Positions 40,360-52,251 of a DNA stretch of 64,000 bases are shown here, one piece after another. The notes beneath the pieces were generated by a model, which worked only from the letters and a program-made list of their open reading frames with translations, searched no databases and was not told the DNA's origin. A program made the translations under genes and the position numbers. Positions within the stretch are counted from its first letter, which is position 1. Every line of letters begins with the position of its first letter. This DNA is from Cycas panzhihuaensis (taxonomy: Eukaryota; Plantae; Cycadophyta). The stretch is from NCBI GenBank assembly GCA_023213395.1, contig CM041465.1:156929741-156993740 (forward strand). Direction: 5' to 3'.

Positions 40360-43300
40360 TGAAAAGAGTGGATCTATCCTTTATCTCCATGCACTAAACA
40401 CAAAGGCAAACGTAGGAGAAAGAGAGACTTGAGAGAAAGAAAATAGCTCTCACAAAATGGGGAGGTAAGAATAAATTTCCTCCGTTGAGCTTTTACTTTT
40501 ATATTGAGAGAGGGAGCATTAGTATTAGGTGAAATGAAATTATACATAATGCACATGAAAATGCATTTCACTTAACTGATCTAATTTAAAGTTCACTTAA
40601 GACCCTTTTTTGAAATAATCAACTAATGTAATGACCTTGTGTCATTAACCATTTTCAATCCCCCCTTAATGGTAGATGGTCATTTCATCCTATTTTATTC
40701 TATCCTATGAGGTCTTTATTTGAGCCTCTTATAAAGCAAACTACTATGACACTTTTGTAGGAAACCCTCATAGGGAAGAAAACCCACAAATTTTCTAATC
40801 TACTAACCTGGCTCAAGCAGCTCCTTAAATGTAGCTAGATAGCCAATCAATACCATGAATTTTGTAGATAAAATCTACTAAGTCTCCATATACCATTTGG
40901 TCATCGCCCATGCCCTTTCAGGTTTTCACAGGTTCTGATTTTCTAAAATGATACAACCCTTATCCTTTCGTGCCTACATGGGGTTTTCATGAATGGGATA
41001 GAGCAGAGACTTACTCTTGTCCTTCCACGCTTACAAGGGATTTTCATGAATGAGACAGAGTATGATGGTCCTATTGTCATCTCCTTCAATCAGTTAGAGA
41101 TAGAGGCCCTAAGGCCGAGTTACTTTCAAAATTGTTCAAATTTCACCTTCTTCAGTGGTTTGGTGAAGATATCGATCACTTGATCTGTTGTGGGGTAGTA
41201 CTCCAGTTGAATTGTACCATCATGAACTAATTCTCTAATCTTGTGGACTTTTGTACTTATATGTTTGGTACTGTCATGAAATATAGGATTTTTAGCTATT
41301 TGGATTGTAGATTGATTATCTACATATAAGCTAGTAGAACTTCTTTGGGTGGCATTTAATGTATTCAACAATTTTCTAAGCCATATCACCTCCTTGCTTG
41401 TCTCAGAAGTAGCAATGTACTCAGCTTCAGTAGTTGAGTCTGCAACTATCTTTTGTTATTTAGATCTCTATGATATTAGTGCTGTTCCAAGAAATGTTAC
41501 ATACCTAGATGTAGATCTTCCTATGTCTTTATCTCTAGCAAAGTCTGAGTCTGTGTATGCATAAAGTTTAAATTCTGCATTGGATTCATATAATAGACCA
41601 TATTTGCTAGTCATCTTTAGGTACCTCAACACTGACATATACCGCCAATGATTCTGCTTAGGATTTGTCATGAATCTTACAAGAATATAGACAGAGTGTG
41701 CAATATCTAGTCTTATGTTGGTAGTATAGATGAGACTACCTATAAGCTGCCTGTAGAGTGTTGCGTCTGCCTCCCTATTATCACCATTAACTAAGAGTTT
41801 AATATTAGGCTCCATAAGTGTATCCACTAGTCGAGCACCTTCCAACTAAAACTTTGTCAGAAGATTGTTGATATATTTTTCTTGGGAGAGAAAGATTTTG
41901 CCATCCTTTTGAGTTACTTTAATTCCCAAGTAATATTTCATCAACCCGAGGTCAGACAATTAAAAAGTTTTAGCAAGGTCCTTCTTTAGCTGGCTGATTA
42001 CCTATTTACTATTCCCCATTAAGAAATGTAGTCTTAACATCGATTTGGTAGATTTTCTAACCCTGTTGAGTAGTCAAGGCTATAAGAGTTCTGATTGTAG
42101 GCCACTTGGTTGTAGGAGTAAAGATTTCAGTGTAGTTAATGCCTTCCTTTTGCATGAATCCTTTTGCTACCAACCTCGCCTTATGTTTTTCTAGGGTGCC
42201 ATCTATTCTATACTTATTTTTGAACACCCATTTATTTTGAACTACCTTTCTTCCAAGTGGTATATCAACAAGCTCCCATGTACCATTTTTAATAAGATAT
42301 TGATACTCTTCGTTCATGGCATTTCTCCAAGCTGCATACTTTACAACTTCTTGGTACGGTAGAGGCTCTTCATTAAGAGTAAGATGCAGTTTTGTTGGTT
42401 TAAGCTCAATTGAAAGTGATTCATGCATCCTTGCTCTATGGGCACTTCTAGTGCCAATTTTGCCTACCTCATCTGGTCGCATATACTTGTGTAGCTGGTA
42501 GGCTTCACGAAAACTTCGAGTTAGGAATGAGGTTTTCATTTCCATAACCTCTTGATCTTCATTTTGATCTTAAAAAGGATCATGTGAAATATTTGGCATG
42601 GAGGAAGTTGACAATGCTAGAGAAGATGGGCCAGCCATAGATGTTGGAGAAGATGATCCTTCTGCTATGGCTTTGTCTTTGTTAACTTGGATGTTCATAA
42701 ATGATGGTGTTGGATATGTACACATTGGCTTGGAGTCACAACTTGTATCCTCTGAGGCTCTATTATTAGATTCCAGGATTTTGAGCAACTGTTCAGTATC
42801 TCCCCTCCTAAAATTTGGAATTTGGATATCAAATTCAATGGCATCATTAAATCAGTATGAAGGCATCTTGGAGTCAAGTTTGAGTAATTGATCTTTAGTC
42901 TCTATAAAGATAACATCTCTAGTGATGATGATTTTGCACTGTGAAGGTATGAAAACCTCGTATCCATTTTTGTCCATAGGGTATCCAACAAAGATGCCTT
43001 TGTTGGCTCTATCTTGGAGCTTATTTCTATGTTCCTCCAAAATATAAGCATAACAAGTAGAGCCAAATATTCTGAAATGGGAGATAGAGGGGGTTTGTCC
43101 ATACCATATTTCATGTGGATAGGGGTTGAGCTTGGAGGGACTAACAGTGTTGATGTAATACACAACAATCTAGATAGCCTCAGCCCAAAGATAGATAGGG
43201 ACATTCTTATATACTAGCATAGCACGAGCCATATTCATGATGGTCATGTTCATGCATTTGGCAACACCATTTTACTGGGGTGTACCTGCAACAGTGGTCT

Positions 43301-46300
43301 GATATTTGATTCCATGTTGACGTAGGTATGATTCAAACTCATTGGATGTGTACTCACCACCATTGTCAGTCCTAAGTATTTTGATTTTGAATCCAAATTC
43401 ATTTTCCACATGGGCCTTGAAAGCTTGAAATATAGAAAAAGCTTCATCTTTCTTTGCAAGAAAAGCAACCCATACTTTCTTGGTAAAATCATCAATGAAA
43501 GTAATATAGTACCACTTCTATTTGAGAGAAGGGATGGGCATAGGATCGCATATATCTAAGTGTACAAGCTGAAAGGTTGGCTAGATTTCCATTGACTATG
43601 AGGAAAGGGTTGTCTTTGAGATTTAGAAATAATACATGCTTCATATTTAAAGGGCTTAGAGGGGAACTTAGGAAAACCAGGAAGAGTGTCTTGTAGTTCT
43701 CTTAAACAATTAATTTTGATATGGCCCCCATACGAGCATGCCATAGAGTTGCTTGGGACAACTTTTGAGGAGTCAGGCTTGTGGTAAAAGCAGATTCATC
43801 ATCAACATAGTTGGCTTTAGAAGATGGTGAGCCAGTTAGGTGAAAAAGTTTACCATTAAGAATTCTAGTCATAACCACAACATTTGAAGGAGGGTGAATG
43901 ACATAGAGAGTTTGATTGTTTACAGTTACACTTAGATCAAATCCACGAGAGACAAGGGTGGACAGGGAGAGCAGATTTTGCTTCAGAGCAGGAATATATA
44001 AAACATCAACAAGTGTAAAATCTGGAAGGCCTGGGAGTTTTAGGCAAACAATTCCAAGTCCTTCAACTGGCTAAGATGATTTATCAGCCATATGTATAAC
44101 ACCATGAACTTCAGAGTCAAAATCTTGAAAGAATTGGTAATGACAAGTCATGTGTTGTGTCGCTCTAGTATCCATGATCCACGATGAAGTATGTGAGGTG
44201 GCACTATTTGCAACTCCAAGTAATGAAGACAAAAGTGAATAAGCAGAGCCACAATGAGCCTCAATATACTTAGTGGATCTATCAATAACATTCGATGAAG
44301 TAGTCCCAATTCTTTGAACGTGTGCATGAGCAAATTGCGTTCCATCAAAAGCATCTTTAAAAGAAGGATTATCAACATTATGTGCACCATGGCGCTATTG
44401 ATAACTTGGTAGTTTGTTGGTGGCAGTTTTATAATTTTTGGCATAATATCCTTTTCTATTACATCTTTGGAACATAATTGTTTGATTTCTAGTCTAAGTA
44501 TTGGGCTGGCTAGATTGTCTCTGATTACTAGATTTAGGTCCAGGTTGATTATTTTGGTCTTAGCCTTGAGATTGTTTTTGTTGGAGTTGAGGAGCCTATT
44601 GACTAAGAGGACATTATCCTTGTTGTCTACCTCTTCCTCTTCCATGGGAATTACCACCTCTACGAGAGTATTGACCTTGATTTTTGGTATAACAAAGATC
44701 TTCTTCCACTTCAAAAGCAACATCAATTAGATCTGATGTAGTGGCAAAGTTGGTATCAAAGGTCTTATCAAATTCAATGAACTTATCAGCAAGATCTTCA
44801 AAGTTTAGGGTTTTCAAAGTGCCACTAGATTGAAGACTTCCTAATAGATTTTTATAATCTGGGATATGGAGACATGACTGAATCAAGAAAGCCCATGTAA
44901 TGCATTGAGTTTTAAAATCTTTATCAATGGCTTGCTTGATTAGACGAAGGAGATTGATTATCTCACTTGCATGTCCTTTCTACATTTTTAATTTATTCAT
45001 CTTCAGCACTAAGTGAACAAATTCTAAGTCTAATTTAGTATCAAATTTCTTCTTAAGAACTTTAAGAACTTTCCATGCTATATCATGTACAGCTTCATCA
45101 ATGAGATTATACAGGGAATAATCAATGACAAGCAGTATCCCTACACAGATTTTATCAGCATCAAGTTCCCACTGGCGTTTAGCTGCAGCTTTAGTGGGAG
45201 CTATTGGAGCACCTCCTCCTGAAGCAACTGTGGTAGCTGTAGTTGCAATAGATGACATAGGTTATAAGTGATCTCTCCATAGACCTTCATACTTTACAGC
45301 ATTTTTGACACCAGTGAACCACATGTCCTAATTTTCTTTCCCTTTTAGAATGCAGTTCACATTTTGCTTGAACTATGAAGACATGGTGTCTTTTTAGAAG
45401 GGAAGAAATGAACAAGGGACTATAAAAGTGATGGCAATAAATGACCGATCACTATTTACAAATAGGCAATGTAATGAAGTAGTGTAGCAAAAGGAAGAAG
45501 AAGTGAGAATGGTTGCTCAAAGATGAAGGGAGCAACTTAGAGAAAAGTTACCAATACTTGTGACAAATATTAACCCGACGAAAGGTGAATATGAGAAGCA
45601 CTATGATAAAAATTGGCCACTAACACTTGTGGCAAATATTAACCTGACGCAACAGGAATATGAGAAGCACTATGATTATGATTACACTATGAATCACTTT
45701 TTACAAATAAGTAAGTGATCAATATACAAGATTGTAAGCCAATGTAGAAGCTGACATCATTGGGTTTACACAACTTGAAACTCAAATGTAGGATGCGTAA
45801 TCAACCCAATAACCTCTAACTTGTGTCTAATGTATAGTTGAGGTTGTTGAAGGGATGCCTAGGCTTCTAGTAGAATTAAGTTGGCCTTCACCCGTGATAC
45901 CTGCAATCATGCTTAGTGATGAAATCCAAGTCATAATGGAGCCCAGGTACTCCCAATCCTCATCTAGTTCACCAATGAGCAGCTATATACCTCCTCTAAA
46001 GAGTGGTACATGTATACCTATGGCTATGATGGATATTGGATCAGATATATTTTAATCTTGTATTAAAGTTTCAGTTTTCCCAATTAGTTATCAAGATGAT
46101 CCCTGATTGAGGCACGATAGTATGACTAACCAAACCTCACCAATATTCTGATTTAGTCCAGTCCCAACTTGAAACCCATGCCTCCTTTATGGCATGGCAT
46201 TATGCTAACCAAGGTATCTCAACCTTGGTGAGTGTGTGAATAAGTACAAGATGGCAGAAAATAGCATACATGATGCGTTCCTTTTAGGAAGAGTAAAAAG

Positions 46301-47715
46301 ATTATCGGATTGTATCAAACGTACATTTAACTCAAAATAGAATGCTTACTTGGAGTGCTTGCTTGAAGTGTCTTTAGAGTGCTTGCTTTGAGTGATTTTA
46401 GAGTGCTGAAATGCAATGCTAATAAGTGAGTGAGGATACTAGATATTGCTCTAATTCAGGTGTTTTTTTCTCACTTTTACAATGGGCTTTTAAGCCTTAT
46501 AAAAAGAAGGAAGAAATTTTCTTTAACTTTTTTTTTTGTTAATACAAAAGAAAGTAATCTTCACTAAATTAGCAATAACTTTCTCCCACGATGTCGAAAT
46601 GGAGTGCTAATTTTTATGCTATAAACTAGACTTAGAGCTTCATCTTCAGGAAGTAGAATCAAGTCCAAATGAGTTTTGGAAAGTTTTTGGTAGCCCTGCA
46701 AAGTTAGGAAATTATATTTTTCCAGAATTCTTACTAAAAATAACTTCTATTCACTAAAATAGCAATAACTTCCTCATACGACTTCCAAATTAGGTGACGG
46801 TTTTTGTGCTAGAAAGTAGACTTAGAGCCTCATATTTGACAATTGGAATCACTTCAATTAGAGATCTGTAGAAGATTTTGTAGACCTGTGATGTTTAGCA
46901 ATCACATTATATTTCTACAGAAATTTTAGCTTCCTAATATCTTATTAACACATGATACCATATGAAATTTCCATTATTTTTTTATCACCAGGATCCCAAT
47001 ATGGGCAAGGTGAGAGTATACAATGATGGATATTTGAAATGGATTGAAATTCTTTTTAAAGAAATGGGTAAAACCTCCACTTACAATCATTCTTCTAAAT
47101 GCTGGAAAAATTTTGGCAGCATTTCCCCTTGTTAAATGGACAAAAAGAGGGGAAAGAAAAAGAAGAATGAGATAGCATGAATGGCCAGCAAAGGATTGGA
47201 ATCCTTGGGCCTTACAACTCCTTGTATTATGCTTCTAAACCTACAAAAGAGAAAGGAAAAGCAAACAATACAAAATATGCTATCATAATAACTTGAAAAT
47301 ATTTCTAAATTCACTTTCACAATCTCCTTCACCACATGGATTATGGGGGAGAAGGAAGTGATAGCTCCATTTCAAGTGTAAGTGAGGAATATGAAGGAAG
47401 CAAGCTCTGATACCACATGAAAAGAGTGGATATATCCTTCATCTCCATGCACTAAACACAAAGGCAAACATGGGAGCAAGAGAGACTTGAGAGAAAGAAA
47501 GTAGCTCTCACAAAATGGGGAGGTAAGAATGAACCTCCTCCATTGAGCTTTTACTTTTATATTGAGAGAGGGAGCACTAGAGTCAGGTGAAATGAAATTA
47601 CACATAATGTACATGAAAGTGTATTTCACTTAAGTGATCTAATTTAAAGTTCACTTAAGACCCTTTTTCAAAATAATCAACTAATGTAATAACGTTGTGT
47701 CATTAACCCTTTTCA
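40360..47715 (-). mobile_element. Ty1/copia element with both 298-bp LTRs
   Basis: LTRs 40360-40657 and 47418-47715 (about 24 mismatches by eye); TSD GACCA at 40355-40359 and 47716-47720; PBS TGGTATCAGAGC (iMet) at 47404-47415; PPT next to 40658. Confidence 0.97.
41120..45384 (-). pseudogene. Decayed copia gag-pol
   Basis: Gag, protease (WILE-type), integrase (TDNGGEY), RT (KARLVAKGF, LYRQLIGSLIY) and RNase H (DNQSTIQIAKNPIFHDSTKHI); RT core deleted near 42010. Confidence 0.93.
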
Positions 47716-50700
47716 GACCATCTACTCCATACCAAATTTAACCCACATATACTTCCTGATGTTCCTAGAGTAAGAGCAATGAAGAAGGATGTGATCTATC
47801 ATCTCTTCATCCTCTTAACATAACACACACCTATTGACCATTACAAAGGCTCTATTCTGTAGATTATCCACAGTTAAAATTTTATTTCTTAGGCACAACC
47901 ATTAGAAAACTGCCACTTTGGGAATTAAGCCCATTTTCCACATTCCTTATAATAAAGAGTTCTTAAGAGCCTCCCATTCTTTGCATAAAAAGAGATACCC
48001 TTGTTTCACTATATAATCCCCGAAAGGAGAAAGGGGCTAGATAATAGAATCTACCTCTACTATTTTTGGAATATAATAAAGGGCTAACTCTTTTTTTATG
48101 GCTTCTATATAATCCCTTAATCCTTGATCCCCCTACAATTCCTCAAATGTTCTCTAGCTCCTCGTCGAATTCTGACCCACACAGTAATCTTTAACCTTTA
48201 CTCTATAAGTTCTCTCACATAATTCCTACATAGGGCCTATATTTGGCCTTCTTTTCAATTAGATGTGACTGCATTAAACGTCTTCCTAAAAATTTATAGT
48301 TACAGCATTTCCTAACTTCCATTGCACTCCTAAGGCCAACATCTATCTTGATTGAAGAATACTTCTTCAAATTGGAGATCCTGGGGGAACTATAATATCA
48401 TCCTTTAAAAATTGCTTTCCCTGGAGATATTCTTAGGATATAATTCTCTCCTACAACCCTCTTTTATTTTTGGCAAGTTGCCACCCTAATTTTACCACTA
48501 AGGCACTATTAAAAGATGCCAATCTTTGAATATTTAAGCCCTCCACCCATTTGTAGAGGTAGACCTTCTCCCACACCACCGGGTGGATCCTATCCTTCTC
48601 CTCCACTCTAGGCCATAGGAATCTTTTTTGGATAGATTCTAAAGTTGATATAACTTTAGCCATAATCCTAAATATTAACATCAAATATATTGGAATACTC
48701 TGGAATGGGGTAGATATTAATTGAACCTTGTCTACCTAGCTCATAAGGGAGTCCTTCCACCTAGCCAGCTTCCTTTGCATCCTATATATGATAGGAATCC
48801 AAAGCTCGCTCAACATCTTCCCTGTAAATAGGGGCATCCCTAAATAAGTAGTAGGTAATTTTTAGATATGTATTTCTAGGATCTTATTGATCTTCCTTTG
48901 CACCATATCTTTGGTGTTCATAAAAAAGAAACTACTCTTATTTAGATTTATCTTCTAATTTGTAGCTCTTGTGAACTTCTTAAGACCTGCTTTTATAGCT
49001 CGAGCTTCATTAAGGACTGCCTTCCATAACAGAATATTATCATCTATAAATTGGTGATAGATAATATTAACAATACTAGAAGTAGGCTTAACCCATTTAC
49101 TATTCCTCTTCTCCTAACCTCCTCCATTATTCTCCCTAGAAGCTCTACCATAATTATAAACAAATTGGGGGATATGGGATCTCTTTGTTAAAGCCATCTA
49201 TGCCCAGGAAAAATCTCATCGAGGTGCCATTGACTATAACTAAGTATTGGGGTTTGGAGATGTAACTAGCTACCCACTTCCTCCATAGTTCATCAAAGCC
49301 AAGTGCTTGGAGACACTCCATTAGACAGTTCCATGAGACCCTGTCATAGGCTTTGGAGAGATCAATCTTAACAATCATTCCCAGATCCTTCCTCTGATGG
49401 GTAGAGTGAATTGTCTCATGGATTACTATGATGCCATTCAGGAGGCTATGTTAAAATCTCCAACGACTAGCCATGGGCCTTGCTAGTCTTTATGGAGATC
49501 CAAGATCTTATCCCAAAGGATTTTCTTGCCTTCCACAGATGTAGGGGCATATATATTAGTTGCCAACCATCAAAGATTTATCTTTCAAGTTAGCTAAATG
49601 GAGATAAAATGATCATCCAAGCTACAAGCCTTTCAGTACTAATCCTTCAGATTCTAGAGAATAACCAACCCCCTTGAGCCTTGACGAACATCCTTTACTA
49701 CCATCTCTATCATCGTCTAGATCATATTTGTAACTGCTACTCTATTATTCCCTTCCAATTTGGTTTCCTAAAGTAGGATTATATCTGATTTTAATCTCAT
49801 ACATAAATCTTTCACTGCTCTTTGTTTTGATGGAGTATTTATGCCCCTAATATTCTAAGAGGCAAGCTTAATATTTTACTCCTTAGTCTTGACCCCTCAT
49901 CTCCTCCCTCTTTTAGTGTATGCTAACACCTGTGATCAACTTGGACTTCCACCTCACTTTCCCTAATCGTCTTTATGGTAGGTCTACCTATCCTCTTTTC
50001 AGTTCCTAAATCTAGCCCCCCTTATGAGCCCCCGCCCCTCTACTCCTCCTGAGGGTCCTTCTCCCTAACTTTTCTAGGTCTTTCTTCTCTCCCCTGCACC
50101 TCTAGACTCCCCAAAGGTCTGTACGATTCACCTTGAGGGTCCCTTTCTGCCTCCTCTCAAACTTTAGAGGTTTCTCCCTCCTCCTCTAACTTCTCTTGTA
50201 ATGGTTCTTGGTTGCTTTTCTCCCCCCTCTCTTCCTAACCATCTTCCTCACTTTCCTTGAAAAGGGATTCCCTGACATATAAGTTGATGTCACCTCCCAC
50301 ACCATCAATCCTCCTAAGGTGTAGACTTGTCTCTTTATTTCTTGGGTCTTTTCTAGCTTATTTTCCATCCCCTCATACTTCTTAACCTCCCTTGAATAAT
50401 ATTGAGAAAGATGGCCCACTCATTTGCAAGCTGAGCATCTAACATTATCTAGATCATAAACTAAACTTTGTTCCTTGCTCCATTCCACAGTTTTAATTCT
50501 TACTATATCTGGGAGTGTTTTATCCAATCTTGCTAGAATACAGAATCTAACATTTATCAATTTATCAATCTACTCCTATTTTTTGTTGCTAAGTCAATAG
50601 CTAGTAATAAGCCAATGGATTTTGCCACCCCATTAATCACATCCAAATCCCATACTTGGAGGAGAAGCACCAATAACTGGATCCATACTAGGACCTATTT

Positions 50701-52251
50701 TACTGTTGATACCGATAGGTCTAAATAAGGGTGCCATTTCTCTGAGAAAATGGCTTTTTTACCAAAATTCTAAGGAGATTTTAGGAGTATATTCACCATG
50801 TCTTTCTCGTTTATAAATTTGAAAAGAACACATCCCTTAGGAAGTGCCATGATCTCCACTAGGTTCCTAATCCTCCATCTATTAACTAGCCATTTTCTTA
50901 TAGGGTCCATGCTAGGTCTTGGGCTTGAGAATCCAACCACTAAGTTGTGCTTCTAATATTTCTCATTTTGCTTAATTAATTTCTTTGAGTTGGGGATTTT
51001 AATAGTCTCATCTTGAAAAATAGGGTTTATATCTAAAGGTTTCAAATTGCCATTCTTTATTACTTTGACATAAGACCTCCTAGACAAGGAATTTTGAGTC
51101 TAGTTATAAGGAATTATTTCTGCCATATTTACCATAAAAATAAGTGGCCTAACTAACTAATCAATGATATAATCAATACGTAAAAAAGCCAAAAGAGCAC
51201 CACATCTTACCTTGGTTTATGACTGCTAGAGTCTTCTAGCCTAAGATATTCGACTAACCTGTCCTTACTTCATGCTTCTTATCTTCTACAATCTACTTTC
51301 TGAGCCTTAGCTTATGCCCTAAGGTTCACTTATCTCCTAATCCCAACCATTGAAAGTCTCCTTCCTGCTTATTATCTCCTCAATCTCTCTCATTTGAGGG
51401 TAATATAATTATTGTTTGTAACTTTGTCACTTTGAGATTTAATCCTCCATAGACAACTCTGATCACATCTCCTATATTAGGGTCCCTCTATATACAAAGA
51501 TCATACCTCTAGGCTTGACCTCCACCCTACTCCTTTATTTCATGCCTTTGATTAATAGATAAACGTCCTTCGTAGGCATTAGCTCTACTCTTACTACCCT
51601 CTAACTATCTTGATGAGCCTGCTTCTCTCAACTTAGACCTTTCGCGATTCTATTGGATAGAATATGCTCACCATTCTCCTGATTGGACTACAATTATATC
51701 ATTGTATACATCTTTGGCATCTCTCCTTCTGGAGCCTTCCTTCTATTGCCTCTACCTTGTGGCCCTAGTCACTAGTCTCACACCTATTCTCATAGCCCTA
51801 TAAATCCTAATCACTGCCTTTGCCTTTGTCCTCCTTTCTTATCTCATTTGCTTCTAATTCCAGATAATCCCTCAAAGATGTTTTATAAATAAATGATAAT
51901 TCTCTATTTATAGGTAACAAATTTGACCACTTAAAAAATTTGACTTTATAATAATAAAAATAACTTCTAATAATAATAATAATAAGATACCTACCCCCTA
52001 ATAATATTAAAATTAACTTTTTAATAATTAAAACTAACTTTCCATAGTTGTATTGGATAGTAACATTGATCACCTCTATTTGCTTGATGTTTACTTTTTT
52101 TCTTTTGATTAGATAAAATGAAATTTTAGTGGGTTTGAAAGAGGATCCCACAACCTATTACATCAAGAGATATAGTGCATCCAGATTTTATATGATCATG
52201 ACAGCCCCACGGTCTAGGCCAGAGAGCTAGATGCTGGGACAAGCCCCACAG

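Larger units (their letters stand above)
39382..51873 (-). mobile_element. L1 LINE with both ends present (ORF1 plus ORF2), internal endonuclease-to-RT deletion near 49445, interrupted by a copia element
   Basis: 13-bp TSD AAAGATGTTTTAT at 39369-39381 and 51874-51886; KIDLSKAYDRVSW, GDFN and DUF4283-like ORF1 motifs; RNase H at ~39600-40050. Confidence 0.9.
23887..52065 (-). mobile_element. Chromodomain Ty3/gypsy element, full span including nested insertions (3' LTR 23887-24240; pol 28382-31497; protease/gag 37276-38900; 5' LTR ~38922-39381 plus 51887-52065)
   Basis: TSD TTGAT at 23882-23886 and 52066-52070; homologous LTR blocks; decayed PBS GCTCTAATATC near 38910; RT, integrase and chromodomain motifs. 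Confidence 0.85.

Noticed and set aside
47372-47629. Similar ORFs at 47372-47629 and 40374-40571
   Set aside because: They lie in the two copia LTRs; the similarity is LTR homology
51807-52151. 114-aa minus-strand ORF
   Set aside because: It spans a LINE tail, the gypsy LTR and another LINE's 5' end; a chance frame in AT-rich sequence
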